DNA of 63,813 bases, counting the filler, from Olpidium bornovanus S191 (Eukaryota > Fungi > Olpidiomycota): NCBI GenBank assembly GCA_017911155.1. It is 30 parts of 30 records of this genome, joined end to end, with 100 filler letters (N's around TTAATTAATTAA, not from the genome) between each part and the next. Parts side by side here need not be neighbours in the genome. Positions count along the whole stretch, not along the records: positions 1 to 1,231 come from JAEFCI010013483.1; positions 1,332 to 3,824 come from JAEFCI010008465.1; positions 3,925 to 6,894 come from JAEFCI010003503.1; positions 6,995 to 9,820 come from JAEFCI010005555.1; positions 9,921 to 11,646 come from JAEFCI010012298.1; 25 more parts are not named here. One strand, given 5' to 3'. The notes under the pieces were generated by a model. That model was given only the letters and a program-made list of their open reading frames with translations, was not told the origin of the DNA and made no database searches. The position numbers and the translations under genes were made by a program. Numbering within the stretch: position 1 is the first letter of the stretch; each line of letters begins with the position of its first letter. Positions 1 to 10,420 of the stretch are shown one piece after another.

Positions 1-477
1 ACATGGAAAGAATGATTGAACGGACACCGCTCACAACTAATGGATTTATCGACGACAGCGATCACGCTACCTTGGGGAGAAAGTGTTGCCTTCCGGGCGA
101 TGGCAGCACGCAGTGCACCGGTGACCATTAACAGGACGGCTGCAGGAGACTCGGTTGGATAGAACTCGCACACCGCATAGTGTGACCGCGGTGATGACGC
201 GTCTGCTGCAGCGCGTAGCGCTCCGAGCAGCCCGGGGATGACAGTGAAGGCGCGACGGCGAGGCGCCCACGCGACGCGGAGCAACACGAGGCGAGAAGAA
301 CAACTGCGGGGAAAGAAGTGTGGGGCTGCGAGCACTACGGCGTTGGGGCGGACTGTGGTGCTCGGCGAAGGAGCTGCGCAGCCAAAATCGTATTGCGAAA
401 ACCTAGAGAATTACTGGCGCGGTCACGCGATAAGCCGTGACTCCGAGACAGGCTCGGCAGTCCCAGGAAGCGGCTGC

Positions 478-732
478 TTTTATTGTTTTTCGCTTATGGT
501 TTTTGTTTTTTGGTTTTTCTTGGTTTTTTTGTTGTCTTGTTTTTTGCTCTCTTTTTTTGTTCTTTTTTGGTTTTCTTCTGCTTTCTGCTTCTTGTTTTTT
601 GTTTTTTTGTTTTTGTTTTTTTGTTTTATTTCTTTGCGTTTGATTTTTTTGTGGTTTTCTTTTGTTTTTTGTTTTTGTCTTTTTTTCTTTTAGTTTCGTT
701 TTGTTTTGTGTTTTTGCTTTTTTTGCTTTTTT
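478..732. repeat. T-rich low-complexity tract (TTTTG-like units)
   Basis: Runs of T broken by G/C; source of the spurious poly-Phe and poly-Lys ORFs. Confidence 0.9.
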
Positions 733-1029
733 CCGCCGAATTCTCAAGCAGATTTGCGTGCAAGAAATTTGGGAGCTATTATAATTTTTCTTTTCAATGC
801 CTGAGTTTGTTTTACCTGAACTCGCGCGGGAGGGACAATAGGCTCTCTTTCTATCTCTCTCCTCCCACCACACCCCTCTCTTTCTCTCACCGCTTCTCTT
901 CCTCGCTCCTCGCTATCGCTCTCGCTCTCGCTCTCGCCGTTCTTTTCCACCAGGGAGGAGACGGCCGCTGCGCCGAAAAGAGGCGATGGTAGGAGGGGTT
1001 GGCTTTCCGCAAAAATGCAAAGCAAACGC

Positions 1030-1134
1030 GCGTGTGTTCATGTCAGTGTGAAAGCGTGTGTTCATGTCAGTGTGAAAGCGTGTGTTCATGTCAGTGTGAA
1101 AGCGTGTGTTCATGTCAGTGTGAAAGCGTGTGTT
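1030..1134. repeat. Perfect 24-bp minisatellite, 4.4 copies
   Basis: GCGTGTGTTCATGTCAGTGTGAAA at 1030, 1054, 1078 and 1102, plus a 9-nt partial copy. Confidence 0.97.
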
Positions 1135-1231
1135 TAGCGGGAGGTTTCACCCGTGTGCGGCTTGTGCAAACCCGCCGGGTTGTGCGCGTGTTTTTGCGGC
1201 TGAGGGGGCGGGGTCCGGGGGGTTGGAAGGG

Positions 1232-1331
1232 NNNNNNNNNNNNNNNNNNNNNNNNNNNNNNNNNNNNNNNNNNNNTTAATTAATTAANNNNNNNNNNNNN
1301 NNNNNNNNNNNNNNNNNNNNNNNNNNNNNNN
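1232..1331. other. Artificial contig-joining spacer (first of 29)
   Basis: 44 N + TTAATTAATTAA (stops in all six frames) + 44 N. Recurs identically at 3825, 6895, 9821, 11647, 13329, 15756, 17589, 19509, 21222, 23495, 26396, 29820, 31201, 33144, 35941, 37280, 38584, 39688, 41976, 44326, 45594, 49230, 52753, 55097, 57160, 58642, 59880, 62434 (start positions, 100 nt each). Confidence 0.99.
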
Positions 1332-1546
1332 CATGGGAAAATGACCAGCCTGTCCACATTCGACACCCACACACACAAACTCGACGCGCGCACAACCATC
1401 CCGCACCGTGCGACTTCCCCTGTTGGCGGCCCTCTCGCTTCTTGCTTCAGCGGCGCGTCTGGGACGCGGCTGCCTGTGACGTCTGCAACGCGGCCGCCGC
1501 ATGTAAAAACGTCTGAGGCGCGGCTGCTGGCAACGCCAGAGGTACA

Positions 1547-1712
1547 GCTGCCGCCGGCGTTGTGCGCCACGCTGCCGCCTGCTTTGCGGGCGACGCTGCC
1601 GCCTGCTTCGTGGCCGACGCTGTTGCCTGCGTCGTGCGTGAAGCCGTTGCCTGCGCTGTGCGCGACGCTGTTGCCTGCGTCGTGCGTCACGCTGCTGGCT
1701 TGCGTCGTGCTA
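1547..1712. repeat. Degenerate 24-bp GC-rich tandem repeat, ~7 units
   Basis: Units of the type GCTGYYGCCTGCKTYGTGCGNSAC start at 1547, 1571, 1595, 1619, 1643, 1667 and 1691; they read as 8-aa LPPALCAT-like repeats in ORF 1341..2399. Confidence 0.9.
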
Positions 1713-2092
1713 CCTACTCTGACGGCACCTGCGCTCAGGGCAAGCAACTACGCTTGGTCGTTCTCAACGTCCGCGCAGTCCACAGCTTCCAACATCTCCC
1801 ACAGCTTTTTTCTGCCAGCGAGGAACGAACTTTGTTCAATTTCCGGCCACATTTGTGAAGCACTGGTTGGAGAAGGGGACCGAGACTTCCGGCGATTTTG
1901 CCATGAGTGGAAGATGACAGAGTGCAGCTATCAAACAACGAAAACCGCGACTGCAACGGCGTCGCGGACTTCTTTGCAGAACTGGTGTCCTTCCTGCATT
2001 TTGCGGTTGGGATCGCCAGAAAGCTTACCACGATTGCCGCGCCACCAATACCATTTTTACTTGAATTACGCTCGTGTCATGCACACTCTGCG

Positions 2093-2133
<41 letters not shown>

Positions 2134-2303
2134 AAGCTGCTCAATTCATCGAGAGCGCTGATCATACTGCTCCGCCGCGATATCCGGACGACCGCCTACG
2201 ATATTTTGAACCAACCGCACCTCGACGCGTTTTCCGTCGATCCGCCACCGTTCCTCACGCCGCGGATCACATCTACTCCGACTATGCGCCCAACCTTCGC
2301 ACG

Positions 2304-2500
2304 TGCGTTATCAACCATATCGTCAAGCATACGCCACGTAAACGCCATATTCCTTACCGCATTCGTTGGGAGGGTTATTTGCCTGAACCAATATATTAAT
2401 CATTCAATGATTGTATTTTAATTAAATTTCTGCCGCGTCATTTCAAACGCATGATATCCTCCGAGATTATTGGGCCGAGGTGAAACGAAAGGACCCGGGA
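2304..2500 (+). mobile_element. Degenerate chromodomain, probably the integrase C-terminus of a chromoviral Ty3/gypsy element
   Basis: CVINHIVKHTPRKRHIPYRIRWEGY fits the I..I..H....YL(V/I)KW.GY pattern; after a stop and frameshift DILRDYW matches the chromodomain C-terminal helix. Confidence 0.55.
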
Positions 2501-4270
2501 GCCTTCGCTCCCCATACCGAAAGATTGCTGTGAAAATCCGCACACCGTTTTTCGCGTGTCCATGCGTGATCGCAGTCACAGCACTCCCATATCGTGTGGC
2601 TGCTGCAACCCTTCGGCAAGGTTAGCCATCATCGTTGCATCATTCCAGTCGAGGGAGCCGGCTGACGTGCCATCGGCGTGCAACTGCACCGTGCCAATGC
2701 GCCATCAACCAACACCATCTTCATTCGTGCGCACCCCTCCGAGGAAGAGCACACCGGTGGCCCTTCCGATTCTCCATGGGAGCTCATTGGTCCTACGGTT
2801 TGAACCCGCCGGCCGATGGGGGATCGTTTGCAAAGGTCTCTTTCCGCTGAGGCCGTACGTCGTGCTAACCCTGCATCGGTTCATTTGTTCGCGCTCTCAC
2901 CCCAGTGCTTGGTGCACTGGCTCGTGCTGACAGGGCATCTCCTTTGATTCACCGCCGGCCCCCTGTGGATCAGGGACATTCGCACGAAGAAGGGTTTGTC
3001 TTGGGGGGTATAAATCCACAGCGCCCTTCGGCGCTTATCTATCGATGACGGCCCAGTGGTGGGAACGCTGGCCATCGATGACGCCCGCGATGCACCATTG
3101 TCCCTTTTTTTTTTTAAACCTGCCCAGGACCAACATCATCGTCCTGTCTCTGTCGCTGGCCGCAGTCACTGGCCCCCTTTGGGCTGACCACCTACCGCTT
3201 TGCCGATCTTACCCAAGCAGGCCCCATTAAGAGTGCCTTTTCAAATGCTTATAAATTCGTCGCGCCTCACCACCTGGCCTCTGCAGTCAACTGCCAACAA
3301 ATTCGTGAACCGGCGGCTGGCCTATGGACCGTCCCAGTCTGTGTGTGCCAACCAACGTCATCTGCGTCATTGGAAACTATTGCAGCTCTACACTTCCATA
3401 TTTCTCGCTGGCCGCTTTGCCTTCGACCGTATGCCAGCCGCGACCTTCGCTGCAGCCTCGCTTGCCGCCTGTTGTGTGGTTTCGAACACCACCTACGCTG
3501 TAGTTCTTTGATTAACCGTTCCGACCATCCGCTCTTTCGCGTCAGATCGCTGCTCGTCAATCGCCGCTTGCTCGCTTTGTTCGGACCAATTTGCCCAATT
3601 TGCCTTGTAATTCTCTTTCCACTCACTAGTACGCTTTTCCCTCCCGGGCAAGAAGAGGGGGACGGGCTGGGTTTTTAGTGCGGCTAGCTTCCCTCTACGT
3701 AGTGCACTCGTGATCGTGCGGGACTCTATCGATAAACCGCGGGTCCCTCTCGAACCGATACCGTGTGGGTCCCCATCGACGCCACGTGGGCTCCCCCACC
3801 GATCTCCCCCACCGCTGCCACATGNNNNNNNNNNNNNNNNNNNNNNNNNNNNNNNNNNNNNNNNNNNNTTAATTAATTAANNNNNNNNNNNNNNNNNNNN
3901 NNNNNNNNNNNNNNNNNNNNNNNNACCGCCAAGGGCCCTCAGTCACAAGGGCAGATTAGATGCATTTGTGGTTCTTTTGAGTGACCATGGGCAGTGGTGC
4001 GCTTAGTGAGGTGGGGTGTTGGGAATAAAGGGGGAGGCGAGCTCCCGGCGCACTGCGCGCACCAGCCCCTGTTGCCCCTTTGTAGAGTCCCTAGCTCTCT
4101 GCGATATAAAACAAACCTAGACCGAATAGCGGCGCCACACCCCGAATACACTTCTTCTCCATCTCGCTGCGCGCTCTCTTCGCCTCCGTGACGGCGCTCT
4201 CCCCTTTTTTGGCTCCTGGATACAACAAGAGAATGTTCGGGAGGTTACAGAAAAAGGAACGCGGCACGCG

Positions 4271-4302
<32 letters not shown>

Positions 4303-4854
4303 AAAAAAAAAGGGATTATTCAAACCGATTTGACGGAAACTGCTTCTGTAGAACAAAAAGAGGAGGGCTGAGCCGCAGACGCACTGTGCGCACCAGCCCG
4401 CGTTACCCCTGCGGAGATTCCTTAGCCGCCGCCCATATAAATTAAAATAGGGCACAGGGGAAACTAGTAAACAAACGCGCCGAATAGAAGTTCTCCCTTG
4501 CCTTCCCGTTCTGACAGACTCGCGGCGTTCTCTGCGTCTGCGCAATATTCGGCTTGGCTCCAACAGCTTCCCCACCTTCCCGGAGTATATATGTAATCTC
4601 TGATTTGGCTCATTATTATGGTGCGAGCGTGAGAGAGGGAGAGAGTGAGTGAGAGAGTTGGTTCTTTTTTTCCGTCTCCTCCTGCTCCTCGTAGAGAGCG
4701 CGTGGGCGTCACGTGACGCGCTCCGCCCGCCCGCGAGCAAAAGATTGAGAGGAGCGGGAAGCGGGAACGGGACGCCGCCCGGACGCAACCCGCAACCCGC
4801 AACCCGCCGCCCACCCAGACTGCGGGCCGCCCCCGCGGGCGACGACGATCGAAA

Positions 4855-5020
<166 letters not shown>

Positions 5021-5354
5021 AGAACCCGGCCTCCCCACGCAGCCGAAGAAGAAGGCAAGAAGCAGCCGTGCCAGCCGCCAAGCCAGCATACGACGCGTTG
5101 GAGGAGATTGATTGATCTGTGAACTGGCAGGCAACGCAGCTGCGTGGCAGGGAGCTGCCTTCAAGGTTCGCGGCAGAGTGCGGGAGCCCGCTGCTGCTTT
5201 TTTCGACGAGAGAAAAAAAAACGGATTCCGAAGGGTGTGCGCAAAACTCACGGTCTCGCGGACGTCTCGCCGTCGCCAGCTGCAAAGAACCTGGCGCGAG
5301 TTCTATGTCAGCTCTACATCGTGAGGGATCTCGCAGCCAGCGGCCAATCGTAAA

Positions 5355-6894
5355 ATGGCGGTCGGGGGAAACAAGTATAATATTCTGGTTACCATCCTCG
5401 AGGGTACGAGTGGCGGCCGAACTCCCGAAGCGTTCGCGTTTGGGACGCTTCCCTGCGGTTCTGAAAGTCACCGGTCTAAGCACCGCGAGGCCTTCCCCCC
5501 GCCCGCAGGGCGGCATTTCACTCCGAGACCGGGGTGCAAGCTCTACATGCAATGTCGCTTCAACGGTGAAATCCTGACGACGGATCCCGTCGACCAGACG
5601 GCGAATCCGATATGGGACACGGAACTGCCGTGGGAACTGGAGGCGCGGGTGATCCACTACCTGCGGTCGCAGCGGGCGACGCTGAAGCTTGAGTGCTACT
5701 CTCTGACGGCGCAGGGGCGGCGGGACATGCAGGGGTTCATCATGCTGGACCTGCGCGCGGCGCAGGAGGCCCCCGGCCAGGAGAAGTGGATGACGCTCCT
5801 GAACGTCGGGAGGGGGGCGCACGCCGGGTCCTCGAGCTCGCGCCCGGAGATCAAAATGTCCTTCGTCGTCACCGGCCCGCACAGTTCGCCCCCGTCGACC
5901 CCGGGAAGGAAGAGCGTGCCGGTCGCGCTGAGGGTGCCCCGCCTGCCGGTGCTCGAGAGGTCCGCCGCGGACAGCCCGGCTGGCGCCGGAGGGCACTGGC
6001 CGGGCGCCGCCGCCGGCGCCGCGGCGGAGCGGCGCCAGAGGGAACCGGTCGGCGTCGCCCTGTCTCCCGACGGCCGCTACTACAAGGTCGGTTCCGCGAC
6101 GGAGGGGCTGCACCACTACGTGCTCTCCATCACCGTCGCCTTCGCGGAGCACCTGGACACCCTTCTGGACCCGGAGCACCCGCTCCTCAAGGAGGAGGAG
6201 GAGGAGAAGGAGGGGGAGGGGGGCGGGCCCGTCGACGGGTACTGTTTCACGTTCGCTTTCCTCGGGACGGACGTCGCCACGTCGCGGTTTCCGCGGCTGC
6301 GAGACCCGAGCTTTCCGACAGAGCACGTCGCCATCAAATTCCGAAGCACCCCGGGGGACTTTGCCCGGTATCTTGACGAGCACGAACCGGTGCCCGTTTA
6401 CCTCTGCCACGGGACGGGGCCGAAGCTCGGCCGGGCGGACATCACGCTGGGCGGCGTCGCGAGCCTGCCGTCGCACGTCAACGAGAAGATGTATCCGATG
6501 GTTCCCTGCGCAGGACCCCACGCTAACCCGAACTGCAGGGCCAACATCGGCGTTTCCGTTGAGATGGCCGCCGGCGAGGAGAACCTCGCGGACGCGTCGC
6601 TGGTGCTGCCGGTCCAGCGCTCCGCGGGCGGCCGGCAGCGCGCCGAGCAGGAACATCCTCAACAGCAGCCGCCGCAGCCGCCGGTGAAGATGGTCGGGTG
6701 GCACCAGTACAGGTTCAGCATCGACCTGAGGTCCGTTACCGACTTGGCGGCGCAATCGGCGAGCATCTTCCTGCGCTACAGTTACCCTCCTTTCGGGGCC
6801 ACCGCTCCAGTCTCCACCTACCCGCCCGTGGAGGTCCGCCGCGCGACAGAGACTCGGCTGGAGCATTCGTTCTGCGCCTTCGAATTCGTCATGA
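5355..6894 (+). CDS. CEP120: Centrosomal protein CEP120 homolog, three C2 domains, 3'-truncated at the contig end
   Basis: C2A: ILVTILEG|RHF..LYMQCRFNGEILTTDPVD..ELPWE..LRSQRATLKLECY..GFIMLDLRAAQE. C2B: YVLSITVAFAEHL..FAFLGTDV..DPSFPTEHVAIKFRS. C2C: YRFSIDLRSV..LRYSYPPFG..PPVEVRR..SFCAFEF. All match CEP120 motifs. Probable GT-AG intron 5404..5508. Confidence 0.92.
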
Positions 6895-6996
6895 NNNNNN
6901 NNNNNNNNNNNNNNNNNNNNNNNNNNNNNNNNNNNNNNTTAATTAATTAANNNNNNNNNNNNNNNNNNNNNNNNNNNNNNNNNNNNNNNNNNNNCG

Positions 6997-7439
6997 ACGT
7001 TCTGGTTCGTCCTCCGGCTGCCGCGCGGCCAGCAGATCCAGCGGGCCGACATGGGCAGCCTGGCGATCGCCGAGTACAAGGGTCGCCTGAGCGGGCGGCG
7101 GGTTCTCCTGGCGGAGGATAACCCCGTCAACCAGAAAGTAGCCATCCTGCAGCTCCGGCAGCTCGGCGTCGTCGCGGACGCGGTGAACAACGGGGCCGAG
7201 GTGCTTGACCACCTGGTAAACGCTGGGCCCTTTAACTGGGTCCTGATGGATTGCCAGATGCCGATATGCGACGGCTACCAGGCTGCCGCCGAGGTGCGTC
7301 GGGAGGCGCCGGCCGGACTGCGAGACATACCGATAATCGCCATGACCGCGAACGCCATCAAGGGTGACAAGGAGCGGTGCCTAAATGCGGGTGCGTCACT
7401 CGCTTGTTCTCATCGTTCCACCTGTTGCATCCGGTGCCG

Positions 7440-7492
<53 letters not shown>

Positions 7493-7701
7493 ACCCCCCC
7501 CCCCCCCCCCCCCCCTCCCCCCCCCCCCCCCCCCCGCCCCCCCCCCCCCCCCCCCCCCCCCCTCCCTCTCTCTCCCTTCTCCGCTCTGAAATCTCCGAGA
7601 CCTCGCCTCTAGGTATGAACGACTACCTGTCTAAGCCCATCACGTTACCGCGACTGGCCTCCGCGTTGCTCAAGTGGTTGAAGGATCCGCCGCCGGACTA
7701 A
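6997..7701 (+). CDS. Hybrid histidine kinase C-terminus (end of HATPase plus receiver domain), 5'-truncated
   Basis: TFWFVLRL (end of HATPase), then RVLLAEDNPVNQKVA..VLMDCQMP..DGY..IPIIAMTANAIKGDKERCLNAG|MNDYLSKP. Phase-1 intron 7391..7612 (GTGCGT..CTAG); stop TAA at 7699-7701. Confidence 0.93.
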
Positions 7702-8613
7702 AAGCCGACATCCGCCAGCTTCCTCATGCCTCTTCTTCCTCCACCCCCCACACCCAAACCCGCATTCGCCCTCCCGCGATACTCGCACGCTCACCCTTTT
7801 CGTTTCACCTTCACCATCCGCCGACCAAGATTTTTTTTTTTTTTGCCTTCTAAACGTAACGCCATGCTGATATTGTTCTAAAGGTAAAGTTAATACCAGA
7901 TACATAGACGGTCGATACCTCCACCCTCTCCCCACCCCCACCTCCCACCCCCACGCACCCTTTCCGCCCTAATGTTCGCGAACCAGAAGGGGCAAACCGT
8001 TGATATGACCCCACAGAGCCACGTTCAAGGGCATCCCTTTTTTTGACAAGAGTTTTTGTAAATCATGAGAGTTAGTTTCAAAGTAGCAGTAAATTTTACT
8101 CCCTGCCAAAAGAAGGCGTTACGCTGCATACAGCACTCGATGACGGGTTGGTTCTTGGGAAGGGGACGGGGGGGGGGGAGGGAGAACGGAAGGTTGGAGA
8201 GGAAGGGAAGCGCGCAGGAACGAAGGCCGGGGAAGAAAACGGGCTTGTGACCCGTTATTTCTGCGAAAAGGATGAACGACGAGCGCAGGCTTGTCTTGTA
8301 CTCCCCGAAGCCGGCGCATTTTTCATTTCCTTTTAAGTTGCCCCGATTGTGTTCTCTAGGCTGCTATTTCTGCGGCACCTAACTTTCTGCCTTGAAGCCA
8401 ATCTAAATACAACAGAAACGAGAAATGTATAGAATACACAATGGCATATGAGATTCAACTCCATATATAAAAATACCGTATACAGGTTCGTATCGGATTG
8501 TCTGCAGCCTGCTCCTTTACAACCGTGCACAGAGCACAAACAATTGTTGCAACTAGAGGTTACTCTAGTCAACGCCAAATTCACAGCAGAGCACCCGGCA
8601 TTTTTATTTTTTT

Positions 8614-8654
<41 letters not shown>

Positions 8655-9448
8655 CCCCGCCCCCCCCCCCCCCCTCCCCCCCTTTTTTTTTTTTTTTTTT
8701 TTCCTTCTTCAGGTAGGCCACCCCCCTTCCTCCCCGCCCCCTTCGGGTCGCCGGCATTATCGGGCACTAGCTGCGCACGGAAAAATAATGAATTTTGCCA
8801 TGGCCTTCCACCCGACGCCGCACCATGCGCCTTTGGGGTAGAGCAGCCGGCCAACGACGGAGCATCCCCGCAGTGGTGGTTCTCAAGTGGTGTTTTTGGC
8901 GGTCCTGCGACGGTCGTGGCGGCGATAGGCCGTTGGGAGGGAGGCGCTCTCGTTCTTGTCGTAACCCAGCGCAGTACTCACGTCGCATTGCCGCCTGCCC
9001 TCCCCCATTACGGCCCCTCTCGCCCGCCGTCCTATGTACGCGCGCCGCGGACCCATAGCGGGAGCATCCTTCGTTTGCCTCCCCAACGGCACCAGCGGAG
9101 GGCCGCTTTTCTAGTCATTGTCACCGTGGCCAATCGTGGCCGGGAGAAGATCAGGGCGTCCGGGCGCCCAAGAGCAAACTCGAAACGCTCCCATTATTCA
9201 CGAAGCCGTTGTGTTTCCCGGGATCACGACGTGGCGTAGCACACTCGACACGTCCATCCGGGGGGGGAAGGGGTGTGGGAGGGGGTGGTTTGTGTAAAAT
9301 AAAAAGGGGGGGGGGGGGGGGGGGGTTGGAAAAAAGGGGAAAAGGGGGCCGGACGTAGCCGGTGGCGCAGACTTCTACGGGAATCATCCCTCCTTTTTTC
9401 CCCCTGTAAATCCCGCACGCCGACTCCATACAAAACAAACCAAAAGCT

Positions 9449-9820
9449 TGTAGAAACTCTACAGCGTTCCGAACCGCGCGGTGCAGTCTCTGCCGCCCGC
9501 CGTCCGCCGTCTCCGCCCTCCATCCTTGGTCCCCTCCATTGTGCACCCGTCTTCCTTTGTCTCCTTTGGTTCACGTCCGTCGTTCAGGTTATGAGCCCAA
9601 CCCGCGACTCCCACGACTCCGAAGAAGAGAACTACCGCCTCCTCTCCGTCCAAAGCAGAACCACGGAAAGGAGAGAAGCAACCATGGAAGGAAGAGCGTG
9701 CGAAAGCACGACGCCACCGTACACCCCTCTAGGCGTACAACGCATGCGGAGCACGACTGCGTCCACGACCTCAAGGCGGTCAAGGACAGTCAAGGACTCC
9801 GTGAAGGCGCTCAGGGAACG
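9449..9820 (+). mobile_element. 5' end of a Ty1/copia element (LTR end, half-tRNA PBS, start of ORF)
   Basis: ..CGTTCA directly followed by GGTTATGAGCCCA (9587-9599), the same PBS as at 48278. The ATG inside the PBS opens ORF MSPTRDS.. to the contig end. LTR 5' boundary (TG at 9449) is uncertain. Confidence 0.55.
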
Positions 9821-9920
9821 NNNNNNNNNNNNNNNNNNNNNNNNNNNNNNNNNNNNNNNNNNNNTTAATTAATTAANNNNNNNNNNNNNNNNNNNNNNNN
9901 NNNNNNNNNNNNNNNNNNNN

Positions 9921-10420
9921 CATGGGAAAGTCGGCAACCTTCCGGTCCGGCGCAATGTCGTCGGCTACGACATCCACAGACTTGCTTATGCTGCCGTCCA
10001 TTCCAGCTGCGCCCTCCGATATTTTGCCTTCGCTGTCCAGGGCAGCAATTGACCCGTCATCGCCAAAGTCAAACGGCAAATTGTCTTGGTACGATTCTTT
10101 CGCGGGCACGCGCATTTCGGAGGTCTGAAATCGAACGGATCTAGGCGCAGTTACATAGCTCGTGGGATTCGAGGCACATTCTGCATTGGATATTTCTGTT
10201 GCATTGTCGGCAGCGAGCGGTGGCGCAGGCGTGGGTTCATATTGTAGCACATGCGAGATGTGCACGCCTTTTCTGTCAGGAGCAGTTGTCGACCGGGAAA
10301 CGTGTGGTCCGAACGGGCCAGGCCGTCGGCCGCAAAAGCAAGCATGGAAGTAGTCATCCAAAGTTAAATCAGTAAGGGAAGCACCTGGAAACAGCATTTT
10401 CGTACCAAGTTTTGGCCACG
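9921..10420 (-). CDS. Hypothetical protein exon(s), 3'-truncated
   Basis: 174-aa ORF (YSWPKLGTKMLFPGASLTDLTLDDYFHACFCG..) preceded by a TGTAG acceptor; no family recognised. Confidence 0.3.

Noticed and set aside
238-992. Poly-Phe/poly-Lys ORFs as membrane proteins
   Set aside because: Translations of T-rich simple sequence.
1332-1338. CATGGG contig starts as SMART template-switch adaptor remnants
   Set aside because: Only three starts read CATGGG; the others continue CATGC/A/T and several continue genomic reading frames.
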